Source: the human T2T-CHM13v2.0 reference genome, Homo sapiens
DNA length: 64,000 bases
Strand: one strand, 5' to 3'
NCBI RefSeq assembly: GCF_009914755.1
Contig: NC_060931.1
How positions within the stretch are numbered: position 1 is the first letter of the stretch; each line of letters opens with the position of its first letter. Of this stretch, positions 1 through 14,993 are shown in pieces. A program made the translations under genes and the position numbers. The notes under the pieces are model-generated. The model had not been told where the DNA came from, made no database searches, and saw only the letters and a program-made list of their open reading frames with translations.

Positions 1-477
1 CTAAACGTACATGTCCCTGCCCATTGCTGCGCTGGGGAAAGGAGAGATACCATACTTCTAAGCACCTTTCTGATTTAATCCTTGCTTCAGCCTATGGGAA
101 GCAGTTGACCTGTTGTTGTTGGAAGCTGTGAGAATTCAGCGAGAAATATTTTAGCAGGTTTTCAGAAAGGAATTACATATGTGAATAGGAATAACATTTT
201 TCAAGTCACACCAATCATCAGCATTCACCCTGTTGGGCAAAAGGTCTCTGTGGTGGGGAGTGAGTTTAAGAAATGAGGGATTGGCATTTTCAGCTCAGGC
301 TGTGTGTTGATGAGCCCTGTGCCTCATGATTCCCCTTAATTTAACATGGAGGATGATCTATTTTATGTCTTTCAGTGGGAAACCCTAAGAAGAGTTATTC
401 TTGTTAATAAAACGAGTCAGGAACTGCAAAAAGAATATTGGCGTGCTTGTTCCAATTAAAAGTAATTACCAATTCAA

Positions 478-782
<305 letters not shown>

Positions 783-2475
783 TCAAAAAAGAACTTTTCT
801 ATCAATCATGTAGCTCAATTTGTACTGTCTCCATTTCTTCCAGAATTATTGTTCTTGAGTGTTGGTGCAAAATTCAGTATTGGTGGATAGGTGATTTCTG
901 AGAGAAGGGCTGGCATTGTGAGGTTGCTTGCTCAGCCTTCACTGGATGGCTGGTGCTTGGTGAGTGGCTCTAAGAGCACTGGGGGAACCACTTCTTATGT
1001 AAGGGTCATTTGACTTTGAGCTCCTCTTGAGCTAAGGAAGAGAACAATCCCTTTATACTGGTTAACATTTACTGCTTTCACATTTTTTTCATCTATTGAT
1101 CCCTCTACAATCTGGGTGAGGTGGGCATTATTACTGATATCCAAATGAGGAACAAAAGTATTTAAGGGTTTCCCAATCTTAACTGAAAGTATAAGACAGA
1201 ACCAGGACACAAATCAACTTTTCCAACTCAGATGCACCACACCTTTCCACAAAGGGTGATTCTCAGGACATAACCCAATCCTGAGGTTTCTTCATTTCTA
1301 AAATGTGTAATACCAATGCCTGCAATTACTTTGAAAAATTACTCAAGAATAAAAAGAAATAAATTTGGAAACATTTTGTAAACACATAAATGCTATACAT
1401 ATGCGGTGTACTAAAATGATAATCACTATTTGCAATGATTTAGATTCAGATAGAACCTCCAACTCTATTCATTTGGTTTGTTTAGCTATTGCGGACTGTT
1501 GCGGGAATGTTGTTTTTTTCTCTATGTTGAGTATATTTTAAAATTATGTTTAAATTCGTTAGACTTAGTTATTCCTGTTGGACTCAGAGATATTTCACAA
1601 ATATAAAGCACAGACAGGCGACCTCAGCTGCCTCCTCTGTTGACTAGGATTTTCCAGGGAGGAATAGACTTCTCCCTGCTATAGCACACCTTACCACATT
1701 CAGCTGTTATTATTTTCTATCCATCTCCAGCATGAACTTTACAATTAATTATCCTACATATATTTTTTTCTAACCTGGGATCCTATGTCAAGGTTATTGC
1801 CAAATTATCAAGACAGCTGCTTCAAAACTGAGACAATACATTTCTAATCTTGGGAAGAGTTAAGAAATGTCTAGTAGTTTGCACTTAAATATGATTTCTG
1901 ACAGTTGTGACTTGTATCCTGAAGGTAACTAAAATGTAATCTAAGGAAAGGCGTGGGCACATGGACTCCGAACTATAACGTCACCATTAACACTTTTTCA
2001 TGTCACTAACCCAAAGCATTGCACCGCTGTGTGTGTACTGCTAAGAAAAACTGATGTGTTGATCGTATATTCTGAGGGAAAAGCTATCTGAATAGAGAGG
2101 GTTCTGTGACCACTGGCTACCTTTCAAATTAAGTAGTTTTCCTTTGCCGAATTTCAAAAGAATATTTAGCACTCAAAAGAAAATTGCCATGTTCTGCAGT
2201 AGTGAACCTTGTGACTCAGAGGCAGAAATATGAGCAGACACAGTCTATCAGGAGTGTTCTAGGGAGAAAACCCAAAAGACTGCCTTTATCCTGACAGCCA
2301 GAAACCACCCGCTGAGCTCCAGTGAGTACTAAAACCCTATCGTGGAGGCTTCTAGCCTGAAGAGGATGCAGTGTGGTTTGCCCAAGTGAGGGAGGCTATA
2401 TGATTGATGGTTCTATCCAAAGACTGTTGTTAGTGATTAAAACTGACTTTATTAAATACATATTAAAGTCCAAGT

Positions 2476-2598
2476 GTTTGTGTATGTGTATGTGTGAATT
2501 TGTGTATATGGGTGTATGTGTTTATATATGTGTGTGTATGTGTGGATATGTGTATGTGTATGTTTGTATATATGTGTATGTGTGTGTATATGTGTGTG
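2476..2598. repeat. Degenerate (TG/TATG)n microsatellite
   Basis: Visible TGTA/TGTG runs. Confidence 0.9.
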
Positions 2599-2734
2599 GC
2601 AGGGAGGGAATTCTTAAATTTGTTGCTTCCTTCTGTTACATTCATCCCTACTGTGTCTCCTTTCTTTCTCACCTTATAAACGATCCACTAATTGCTAAGT
2701 TCAGAAACTTTGCATTTATGTCTTTCAAAATACA

Positions 2735-3245
2735 CTTTTAATCTTAACATAGTTTTAGAGTTACAGAAATATTGCAAAGATATTTCAGAGAATTCCCATA
2801 TACCCATCACCTAGTTTTCTCTGTTACTAAGATCTTGCATTCATATGATATATTTGACACAACAAACCAATACTGAAACATTAACTAAAGTTCAAACTTT
2901 AATCAGATTTCCTTAGTTTCTACCCAATGTCCTCTTTCTGATTGGTGTCCCATCCAGATGCCACAGTGAATTTAGTCGCCATGTCTCTTTCCTGAGGCTC
3001 CTGGATACTGTGACAATTTCTCAGACTTTCCTTGTTTTCAGTGACTTTGACAGCTTTGAAGAGTTCTGGCCAGAGGTTTTGAAGAATATTCTTAACTGTT
3101 GGTTTGTCTGATGTTTTTCTCTGGTTAGAATGGGGTGATGGGGTTTGGGGGATGAGGACCACAGAAGATCAAAAGTACATGCTATCAACATGACTTATTA
3201 CTGATGATGTTAAGCTTGATCACCTGGCCAAGATAGCATTTGCTG
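2735..3245 (-). mobile_element. Old L1 3' UTR fragment (L1MC-like)
   Basis: Resembles antisense L1MC 3' end (TTACAGAAATATTGCAAAGA...CTCAGACTTTCCTTGTTTT...CTTGATCACCTGG). Confidence 0.7.
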
Positions 3246-3284
3246 TGACTCACATTTGATTTGTCCCTCTCTTTATCACACCCT

Positions 3285-3780
3285 TTTCATGGCCTTCAAT
3301 GCATAATCTGCAACTTCTCACCTCCCCAGTCTCATCTTGAACTGCTGTGTGCTTCAATCAGCGTTTAGCTACACTTGTTTGCCTTTATGTTTCTTGGACA
3401 TAACATGCCCTTTTCTGCCTTAAGGCTTCTGCTTAGAGTATATGCCCTATATTTTTCCTTTTATATTAGCATTTAATCCAGCCACTTCCCCATGCTAAGC
3501 ATAGCCAGCATATTATTATTGTTCAGTCTGATTATCTGCCGCTCCTCAGAAGTCCTTTCCCTGTGAATCCAGTCTGAAATAGTGGCTTTGATTTAGGAGC
3601 CATCTCAGCACCTTGTCTGTTTCCCTCCTAGAATTTAATGCAGTAATTTATCTAACTTTTACTTCATGTTTTTGATAACTCAGGAGAAGGCAGAAACAAC
3701 AGCTGTCTAATTTACCCCTGGGGCCTAGAATAGTATCTGTTACACAGCAGGTATTAACACTGGTTGAGTGGATGGACCAA
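3285..3780 (+). mobile_element. L2 3' fragment
   Basis: Degenerate L2 3' motifs (GAAGGCAGAAAC, CCTAGAATAGTATCTG..ACACAGCAGGT, GTTGAGTGGATGGA tail). Confidence 0.55.
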
Positions 3781-4325
3781 TCACAGTGTCTCAGATACAA
3801 AGCAAGCTCGAATTTGAAAGACAAGGAAAGAGGTGCTTGCACTGGATACTTATGATGATAATTTCTATTTAGGGAAATCCTTTTTGCCAAAATTCTTGAC
3901 AGTTGGTGAATTGTGCTTCCTTTAATTTATTTAACATCAGTTATTTTTCTTGTTTTGCTTGATACATGAATTGAGAATAAACTTTAAGAAGACAGAAAGA
4001 ACAAAATTTATTTTCTGTGACACACAAAGGAAAGCCATTCTATAATTCTTCAATGAGATTGCATTGGTCCCAAGTTACCTTCTCTGGGTTATCATACTTG
4101 GCGGTCTCTGAACATCTAGATAGATAGTGCAAACCAGTATACAAAGCTCAAGGACAAGAAAAAAAAAATGATTCATGGGACGAGCAGAATGATGTTGAGT
4201 CTAAGTCTAAAAACAACCAAAGCAAACAAACAGGTGTTAATGAGTTCATTTGGGCCCAAGTTTGATAAAGGCCTAAGTACAAAGACAAAGAAAGGTTACA
4301 CATATTGAAAGATATCTAAAAATGA

Positions 4326-4679
<354 letters not shown>

Positions 4680-4689
4680 TAAGAGTGCA

Positions 4690-4800
4690 TGTCTCTTCTT
4701 TTCTGTATCCTCTCTTCTCTTGTTCTCTCTCTCTTGTTCTTCTCTCTCTTGTTCTCTCTTCCTAAAGAGACATGTCTCTCTCTCTTGTTCTTCTCGCTTC
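4690..4800. repeat. CT-rich low-complexity repeat (CTCTCTTGTT units)
   Basis: Visible in sequence. Confidence 0.8.
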
Positions 4801-6076
4801 TTAAGGCTGCCATTCCACTAACTGATTTGAAGTTGCCAGCAGACTTCTGGGAATAGACTGCTCCTTTCCACACTACCCGCTTCCTGTCTTAGCTCCATCC
4901 TTCCCTACTCTACTGGCCGTGGTACCCAAATTTTCCCTAATCCGGTGGTCTTTGTGGGCCTGCTTCCTTTTAGTTTGGGGAGGGGAACAGCAAGATTTAT
5001 CTGAGAGGGCAGGAAGTGTCACCCTTCCATTATGCCCTAGCAAATCTGGAAAGACTCGCTAGAACAGTCAATGGCCTAAATTAAAATAATCTTAGCAGTG
5101 GTTGATAATAATGACATAGTCGAGATAAATGGTACAAATTCTTTCTTTCCTTTTACCATTGGCACACCACTGAGGCCACTGAATCAGCCTCTGATGGTTA
5201 TCTAAGATAACTTCCTCCTCACTAGATTGCCCTCTGATAGGATTTTGACTTCATTAAGACGTTGTACCTCATAGCCCAAATCTCCAAGGCCACTGAAGAT
5301 CATGGTTCCTGGCTTCAACCTTGAAGCCAGGTTGGTGGACCTCTGCCGTCCTTCAGTCTTCCATAGAAGAAGGTGTTGACATTTCAAGGAAGCCTTTTAC
5401 CTGATTATGTAACCAGCTCAGCTTAATTTCTAAGTGTTATTATGCTGATATACCACCTTTTTACATGAGCAAAACAGGAGATGTGTTGAGGGGCTGTGAA
5501 GACATGGAAGCTCTATCCTCTCTGAAAAAAAGATGATAGATGGGGAGCAAAGGAATACATAAAATGATTATAAATGAACACTGGGCCTAAAACATTCATC
5601 TCCACAAATAATCCTCATATTTTATTTTGCCCTTTGTTCTACGTCTTCAATTTCTTTTTCTAGCTTTATGCTTCCTCTTCTCTTGGCTTTTGGTCAAAAC
5701 ATTATGCATGTTTTCTCACCCTAGAGTCCTAGTATTATTCACCAAAATCCTTTTTGACTCTTCTTAATCCTATCATCATCAGACTATCCTCAGCTTGGAG
5801 GTGACATCACTGCATATTAATCATCATATAAAATCATAGGAGATTGTAAAGTACTTTAGAATGATAAAAACAGAAGCGTCTGATCTCAAAATGTCCTCTC
5901 AGACCACTCTATGCACAAATGAGAAATCATCACTATCATAATGGATATATAAAGGGTAACATATGAACAAAACCGATCCCAAATTCTACATAGAAAATAT
6001 AATCTTAGTTATCATTTTGAAGAAAATATGGCAAATTGTCACTTTATAATTTCTAGAATGCTAGATCTATTTTTAG

Positions 6077-6375
<299 letters not shown>

Positions 6376-8559
6376 TAAACATTTTTAAAGTCTACATACA
6401 TTTATTTTTCAATCAGAAAAAAATGTTCTTAATGGTTTTTAAAAATATAAATAATATGTATACTATTAAATTTTGTAAGTGTCCAACACTTAGCTATGGC
6501 CATCCATCCATCCCCAGGAATTCACAAAAAATAGTATTTCTTCAGCAGGTCCTGATTGCCATTGTTGTCAGGTAGGGACATAAAATTAACAAACCGAGGC
6601 TATCATTGAATAGGCCTTATGTTTGCACTTCAGCTTGCTTAAGAGGTTTTTTTGTTTGTTTCTTGTTTCTTTCCCCCGAGTCAGCATTCTACAACTCTAC
6701 AGTATTTTGGAGTACCTATGCATCTCTTTGCATGCTGGAGTTAGAAAATTTTTCTAGGGTTAACAAAGAAAATGTGGCAGAATATTTTATCTGTATGAAT
6801 TCAAATAGTCTTTAAAATAATAAAATATTTTTAATGCTTTATAGTTATACAAAGTATTTTCATAATATTAGTCTTTCTTTAATCTGTGTAGAAATACAAA
6901 ACTGTGTGCTTCAGATAAGTCTCATTTCCAATTTGATAACATTTATGTGTGTCCTATAATGTATAATTTGAGTATGTATAAGGAGAATCTATGTCCTAAC
7001 AACTTTGTAGAACCCTCTTAAAATAAAATGTAATTTGAAATCCTCAGGTTTTAGCAATTCAGTTACCCAATTTTTCTTCTCAAAATATGTTTGGGGCTAT
7101 AGCGGTTTTCCTAAATTTCATTCCCATCTCTCCATTAGCCCAGAAGTTATATTTAACAGGTAGGACTGATAGGCAAGTTCTATGAACCTTTTTTGGTGTT
7201 TCTGCTCTTTTGGCCATGCTGTTTCTATGACTCAGTTTATATTTCTTAGCATGGTTTATCCAAAACTAAATGTATTAATTCATTAGTAGCAACCAATTGG
7301 GATTTCAGTCTTAGCTTATCCATCTCCTCTCTCTTTTTTGGTTGCAATGGCAAGATTTACAGCATTTAAACTTTCTTGCTACTAAACCCTCCTCACCCTA
7401 CTCCTCGCTTCTAAAATGATTCTTTTGGCCAATCGCTTTGTTGTCAGTATAGTTACCATCATAGAAAATAAGGATTTGATTTCAGAAAGTTTAGAAATAC
7501 AAAGCTCGGCTTCTAGGTATGTAAAATTTGATGCTTCAGACCATCAGCAAGATCAATGAATTTGATACATTGATCATCTCCTCTGCCTGGGAGCTTGGGA
7601 TATATTTGGTGTGTGCTGGATTGGGGAGACCTTCTAAACACATTTCTGTGTTCGTGTTTTTGAATATACTATTTACGTTAAATATTTTAAGCTTCTAGTA
7701 GTCAAGGGCTTCGGTAGTGTTATACAGACTTGTTTTTAAATTTTATTTGCATATAATGCAAAAAGGAAATGAAAGCATTTGAACAATGTGAACAATTGCC
7801 TTTACTTTTTTTTCTAAAAGAAAATAATAACAATAGTAGACTTGTTCAGAGAGAGCATCCCATTCATCTGCGCTCCAGTCTCCTCATCTGAAAATGAGGG
7901 GGTAGGAGTAGATAACCTTTGAAAAATCTTTGAGATGAAGTTCATCAGAGGCATTTGGAAAGTCAGTATCAGTTTTCTGTTACAAAGAAAAGCCCTGTCC
8001 CACAAATTTCTGATTTCTCAATGGACTGTGAAAGGTTAGAGTAAATACTGTTTTCCTGAATTCCCAGGGGTCTAGAACAGCATTAAACGAAATCTTCCAG
8101 TGTATCTGGGGCGACATTGTTTTCCTCGCTCTGAAGGATTTTTTCTAGGTGGAATGTAGTAATCTCCAGCTGGATGATCATTGACTAAATTGTAAGCCCA
8201 TTCAACCCAGAGAGAAATAAGCCTCCAGTGCTTTTGGATATAGTAATTCTACCTTGCATTGTGTGTGTGTGTGTGTTTTCATATGTGCACTCATATTTGT
8301 GTATTCAGAGTGAGTCTAACTAAAAATGAAACATCTTTCATGACCCTAAATAACACCTTTAGGATCACGCAATCTCAGCTGAGGCTAAAGAATCACAAGA
8401 AGCGAGAATATGATGTGTTTGCCAAATTAAAGTAGTTGATCATGACTCAACTAGAGAAAGATAGGGGAAGGGTGGTGGAGATGTGGCTGCAGGCATTGGC
8501 AATGACATATTCTTGAAAGCCTTGGACACTACTTTAACAAAGTTGAGGTTAGGAAAGTG

Positions 8560-9058
8560 AAACGTCATTAAAGAGCTCATCAAAACAGAGATATGATTGA
8601 TTTGTTTTTCTCTAAAATGACACTGCTTGAAGTATTTAAAATTATCTGGAAAGAGGGAAGACTGAAAAGAAGGAGTCACGGTGAGTAACTGAGGTACAAG
8701 GTGATGGCTTCCAAAGTTAATGTCAGTGTGGTAGGCAAGGAGGGGATGGAGTAGATAAATATTAAAGAGCAGAATGTATTGGTCTGGTTGGTTGAATATG
8801 TGTGGTGGTGGTGGTAGTAGGTTGGCCAAAAAAAAAAAAAAAAGAAGACATAGAGAGAAGTTAGGTTTCCAGGGTAGGCACTTAGGCAGATGGAAATGGT
8901 ACAGGTGTCATGAGAGGGATGATTAGTTTTATTGTGAACATTTGTGTTTGAGGAAGCCAATGCATATCTAAGAGGAGAATCAGGGTAAGCTATTGGAGAT
9001 GCAAGTCTTATTAGAGAGATCTGCACTAAAAATATTCATTTAGAAGTTATCAGTATAT
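8560..9058 (-). mobile_element. L2 fragment
   Basis: Purine-rich antisense L2 motifs (GAACATTTGTGTTTGAGG, GAGAGATCTGCACT, ATTTAGAAGTTATCAGTATA). Confidence 0.55.
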
Positions 9059-10187
9059 TAATCACAACTTGCTATTGCATATATACATTTAAAAATAAAC
9101 GGTTTATTTTCAACTCACACTTGTTCCCATCACAATAGTTCTCATGCTGTATCCTTTTGGAAGGTAAAAGTCCCTAGTGACAAACAGATGCAGATTTGCA
9201 ATATATGAGCTCCTGAAAGCAGCATTAATCATTTTTCTTAATTGAAAATAGTTTATCTTTTATTAATTTCCCTGCTTCTTGTTTTCTGCCTTTGCTTTTT
9301 GAATACCATAGGTGTAACTCAGAGTATAGTTAAAGGGTGGTGGATTGCACCATTATTCGAGCCATTTTTAGCAAGCATTAACAACAGTCATGGGAAAAAA
9401 AAAAGACAGACATGGATTTTGTGGTATTTCATAGGGAGAGCTCATATTTGCATGTCTGCATATCTTCATTTTCGCTTTTGTGTAAGTCTAATCATTATTT
9501 CTTTTCATTTTTTGTTCATAATTTACAACTCTCAATGTGATTTTTAGCCGTTTCTTAAAAAAACAAAAATGCTGACTGAAAGAAAATAAAATTCTAAATG
9601 TCATCTCTATCCAAATCAACATCTAATCTCTATGCCCATTTCTGTAGTGTAATCACAAAGATCAGCTTACACTGAGATACACATTGCTCTGTTAAACACT
9701 TTGAGATTGCTCCTGATATCAGTAATGGCCACACAGTGATGGCAATATGTACCTCCCAAGTAATCTCACTTCTGGTTATTAGAAACTTTAGCTGAAGAGT
9801 TGAAAATGAATTTAACAGAAAAACAGAGGGTTCGTTTACAATTAGCATTGCAAATTATAAAATAGTTTTATGTATTTCTCATAGTCCATATACATGGTTT
9901 TTGAAATGCTTATCTGATAAGCTCATGTTAGCCTTATGTACTTTGGGAATGAAAAACAAAAACTTATCAGTTGTTAAACAATCTTATTGTAGGGTTAAAT
10001 CTAGAAACTACTCTTAATCTGATCATAGGCTATGCCCAATGACAAGCACTAAATACAACTAGCAGAAGAAATTGTTTAGGCTGGAGCAATAACCCATTTT
10101 TTGGTACATGGAATTTATCATTCATACAGGTGATTACTGCACATTGTTAAGTCTCTAAGACTGTGAATTGACTATTCAATTGCATGC

Positions 10188-10242
10188 CTGTGTGTATGTG
10201 TGTTTGCATGTGTGTGTGTGTGTGTGTGTGTGTCTGTGTGTG
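10188..10242. repeat. (TG)n microsatellite
   Basis: Visible. Confidence 0.9.
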
Positions 10243-12185
10243 TTTAACAGATTATGCAGAGACCTGATTTGGCTCTGTGAGAGAGAATGACACTAATAGT
10301 TCTAGTGATGAATTCACTTACAAGGTTAGAGAAAGAAGTTGCTGACCAGAAAGGACAAGCCATATTCTGGTATATAGTAAATAGAAAGTAGGGTAAAAGA
10401 TTTACTCAATGTACACTGAGTGAAGTTGATCACGAAAGTAAACAAATGATGCTATAATGGCCACACAAAGTAGTATATCAAAAGAGTAAAATAAACACTA
10501 TTTTTTATTTGTTGAAGAAAACAAGCACTATCAAGATGGATGAAATAGTGAGAGATTTCAAGGAGTTTTAAATCTGGTTTCTAACATAAGATCATACTTA
10601 CAACACTGACCAAAGAATAGACTATACTAAAGACTTAATCTGTTAATTTATATAGGAAGCAAATTTTAGGTGCTGTAAATTGAGTTGGTTGATGTATGGT
10701 TTATGATGACTTTGTAGTGGTAGACAAATTCAAAGTGTTACAGTTATTCTTCGGAAACTTACCCCAAAGGAATATTACATACTTTTAAATTTCAAAATAT
10801 TGATTATGTTCCCAGTAATCTCCCATACATTACAATCATGTAATTTTAATACTAAGCTAGTGGGAAAGTCCCTTGCTCTAAAATAAAATGAACACTTTTA
10901 TTTTGGAAGTGTTCTTGTAGATATGTTGCAGTAATTTATTATTCAAAAAGGGCTCTTTCTGTCTGGAAATTTCATCATTTGGCAAACTAAAAATGATCCC
11001 ACATTGGGTACCCTGAGAGATCTTCCTGTTATAGCACTGACCACAAGTGAATGCTCATCCAAGTAAAAATGTGAATAATTGGTTTTTCTCCTAAGAAAAA
11101 TTTGAGTTTTCATACAGGAGCTATCAGATAATTCTTACTAGTTTGCATGATTTCCATCTATTAGCCAAATGAGATAAACAATATGAAAAATTTTCTAAGG
11201 TATGTCACAACTTTGCACATCTGTTGGCTAAGAAGTATGATGTTTAAGTGTAATTCATGTCACATAGAGTCAGAAAATATGTAATTCAATCAAAATTAAG
11301 GAAGTAAGGAGGCATTAATAGAAGATACAGGAGGACTATTCCACTACTCTCTTTAGAAACAATGTAGCAGAAATATACAGAGAATATTAAATCCTGCATA
11401 CTCCTTCCTAATGTGTTCATGTGTATTATAAAATATAGGATGTAGTAATCCATGTCTTGCTTTACAGTGTAGAACTCAATGACTTGTTTTTGAGAAAATC
11501 AGGATCTTCTTCAGAGCTAATATTTGGGAGGAAAGATATAAACAGGAGTTATGGGCTAGGTGATAAACCATAGATATGAATACACTTCATAGTTTAAAAA
11601 GCTTGTTTCATGCAAATACCTCTAGCAAATCCCTGGGGAAAAATCAATATTGAAAATTATCTAGAATAATCATCTTCTCTAAACAAGAGTTCTTAGTTTT
11701 TCTCATTGCTATTATTTTTCTTTTTAATTTACTGGGAGGCATTGAAGACTGTATAAATAAGTAAAAACAAACTCACATACCTAGTGAGCCATGGTTTTGT
11801 TTGCATGAATTAAAAGGAGAAATGAAATTCCGTCAGAACAAAAGACAGGCTTATTTCTGATACTATCATCACCACCAACAGCAGGTGATACATTCCCCAA
11901 CCCTTGGCTCTGAGTCAGAGAGCAGCCCAATGTGGACACTGAAGATACTAGTGAAAGGAAACAAAGACCCTTAAACAGTTCCTAGGACTAACCTAAATGT
12001 TTTGCAGCCAAGTTAACTATTTTTTTTAATATTATACTACATTACTAGACTTAGCCATAGGGAGAAGTAAAACCAGACTGATTTTGCCCTGTTAGTAATT
12101 TTGAGCAGGAGGCTGCGTTGAAAACTAACAGAATGGAGCCTTAGCTTGGAGCAGCAGCATCTGATGGATTTGATCACAGGCTTAC

Positions 12186-12627
12186 TTCAGTTTGGTTCTC
12201 CCAGAAACAAGGCTCACTTCTACTTGTGAAGTGCGAGGAGCCATCTAGGAAGGAGGGGATGTGAAAAGGGAAGAAGAGGCTGCCAGTAAAAAGGTTTCTA
12301 TTAAGCTGGGCATCTCAGAGGAGACTGGAGCTTACACACATGAGGCATTCTAAGAAATGGCACAGAATTGCTCGTCTCATAATTATCTTGCCAACTGCTA
12401 AACAATCTTTTTTTTAAAAAAAGAATTGTTATTTAAAGCCTGCTCCTAGAGGCTGTAAACACCCGAGGCATTTTTGGTTTTCCGTATGTGCAGGGTGAGC
12501 AGAGTGGCCTTCCTAGGTTTCTGAAAAAGCCCCCAGACACAGAGAAGCAGACAGTGGCATATAGACGTCAGCAGGGGAACACTGAAAGATCTGAATGATA
12601 TGGGTAGGGTACCAAGAATGTGAGCTA
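12186..12627 (-). mobile_element. Ancient ERVL/MaLR-type solo LTR
   Basis: GGTTCTCCCAGAAAC start, CTGGAGCTTA motif, ends GCTACA (TGTAGC LTR start on minus); subfamily uncertain. Confidence 0.5.
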
Positions 12628-13886
12628 CACACCTCTATTCATAACAGAATTTTGAGCTCCAATCAAGGCATGGATATATTCTTATTTATAAATTACATAG
12701 AAATAATTTTTCCATGATTATGTATATCATAGTACATACACAAAAAACCTCTTTTAGAGAATGATATAACAGTAATTGAGAACGGAGTTTCTAATACTTT
12801 CTTCCTGCAAGCCAGTAGATTGTCCTGTACAGCCCGGGGAGTGTGGGCACCCCCAAAGTGGAAACGAGTGCCCTGGGAAAGGAAAAATTCCATTTCCAAG
12901 ATCCAGGCATGTGAGAATTACGTGAAATTAAATATGTGGACTTGCGGTTTTTGGTTCTTGGAAAAATAGAAAGGTATAGTGGGTTGCATGCAGTTCTAGC
13001 TGCATTCCAGCTAGAAACAGATTGAGACAGTTCAGATTCACAGGCACTTGCAGGGCAAGTTTTCAATGTCACTGTGGCTTTACCACGTAGGCAAATTTGA
13101 AAATAGACACACTAAATATTGACTACAGGAAAAGAAAAATGTGTATTTATTCATACAAAACACATTTATTTAGCATCTATAATGTGCTGTGCCCTGACCT
13201 ATAGTGACCCAAACAGATTAGCAGATCTCACCCGATCTTGTAGTGCAGTGATTTGAATAGCAATGATCTTTGGACCCTAAGCAACCCAGTTTGGCCATTC
13301 CCTGATGTCATTTTTTTCCCCCATTTCCATTGTTATTTTTTGAGAACATACAGACGCTTTTTGATCCATTTGTTGTAAGAACCTAGCCTCTTGATCAGTT
13401 GCATTTACAAAATAACAACATTGATAATTTCATAAATGTGTAAGATTTACAGCTTACAAAGAACTTGCACACACATCTCATGCATAACTCACAAAACCTC
13501 TTAATTCTTTCCCAATAATACAGGGGAATCATGGACTCAGGGGCTGACCTCCAAAGACGCTGTTGGTGGTAAATTGTTAGAGCCCCGAGATGTGACTTAA
13601 ATTTAGGTTTTCTGACAGAGGTGTGCTGCTCGTCTCTATGCTAATCCATTACACAGCCAGACAGGAAGAACTGTCAGTAGATTCTGATCAATTTCTCTTT
13701 CTATAAAAAAAAATGATAAGCTTAGTTAAATTGTATTAGATAAGTGAAGGGTTGTTTATAACAGTCCAGCCTCCCCTTAGCTTCTTCTATGGCTTTCATT
13801 AGGCTCCATCAAAGCCTACTCTCAAAACAAAATATAAAAATAATTGTTAACTACTAACATTGATTCTGTGATCTTCCTTTTAAACT

Positions 13887-13960
13887 CATCTATCTATCTA
13901 TCGATCTATCTATCCATCCATCCATCCATCCATCCATCCATCCATCCATCCATCTATCCA
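13887..13960. repeat. Compound (TCTA)n(TCCA)n tetranucleotide STR
   Basis: Visible. Confidence 0.92.
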
Positions 13961-14865
13961 CCTAGCTATCCTTCTATGTTTGCAGTCAGTTGCTAGTTAT
14001 TAAGATAATCAGAATTGCTTTCAGAATTAATAATTGGTATAAATTTCAGAAGAGTTTGAATTTAGGTGGCAAATTCATAATAAGTGAGAAGGTAAGCTAT
14101 AGCATCCTCTGATAATGTGTGCAGTTTACTTTTTATCTGTCTCTTTCTAATTGAAAACTAACAAATATAGCCCCAATTAAATGCACGTAAAAATTAGAAG
14201 CTGGTGGGATAGGGTATTAAACACAATCCTAGATGACTCTTATGAACTCATACCATAAGCAGCCACTTTCTTTCTCGAGCAAACTATAGTGAGAATGAAG
14301 CATCTTAGATTGAGAAGGGATTAGGACGACCCTGAATGGAATGGGCAAATCATAAACAGCTAGGCCCTTAGAATTTGGTTGCAGTCCCAAACCCAGGTCA
14401 GTTTTTAAACATGACTATCAGCTAGATATCCTTTCTCCACCATACAATAATAGATAACAACCTTAATAAGACGTGTAGACATTAAACTTTGAAATTCCAC
14501 AGTAAGATGTAAATATTTGCTCAATCAAGTACAATTTAATATGTTTGTTATACAGCAACTGCAGAGCACAGAATTTTGTACTCTTTGGATGTTTATGATA
14601 AGGTACACATTATTTGCAAGTTTTTGCTTGTTTCCTTGTTCAGTTTTTCATTATCAAACAAACAAAGCTTCTCAGCCTGGGATTAACCTGGAGTCTGGAA
14701 AGTATACATTATGGCCAGCAACTTTAAACAATAGGCCAGAGATGGGAAATGAATGAATGAAATTCTGACACAGAAGACAAACAACAGAAACTCATTTGGG
14801 CTAGTGTAGGTGTAGGTTTTTTATTCTTCAACCAACGGTGGTGAAGAGGATCTCCCTTCACTTTA

Positions 14866-14993
14866 TGGAGGCCTTGCTGGTTTGGAAAGTTCATTGTTCG
14901 ACACCATGGATCTCCAGGTGGGTCAAGTTTAGAGATGCACCAACCTGGAGGACTCCATGCTGTTGAGCTGTTCACAAGCAGCGGACACTTCCA
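14866..14993 (+). ncRNA. MIR490: miR-490 precursor; 5p CCATGGATCTCCAGGTGGGT 14904-14923, 3p CAACCTGGAGGACTCCATGCTG 14941-14962
   Basis: Matches the hsa-mir-490 stem-loop as I recall it. The arms are complementary (CATGGA..CTCCAGGT / ACCTGGAG..TCCATG). Confidence 0.97.

Noticed and set aside
6067-6076. Perfect MEF2 motif CTATTTTTAG (similar one near 58284)
   Set aside because: Isolated AT-rich motif forming part of an Alu target site; chance occurrence likely
6600-8400. Long unique AT-rich stretch resembling a 3' UTR or conserved element
   Set aside because: No recognisable homology or structure; cannot be supported without conservation data
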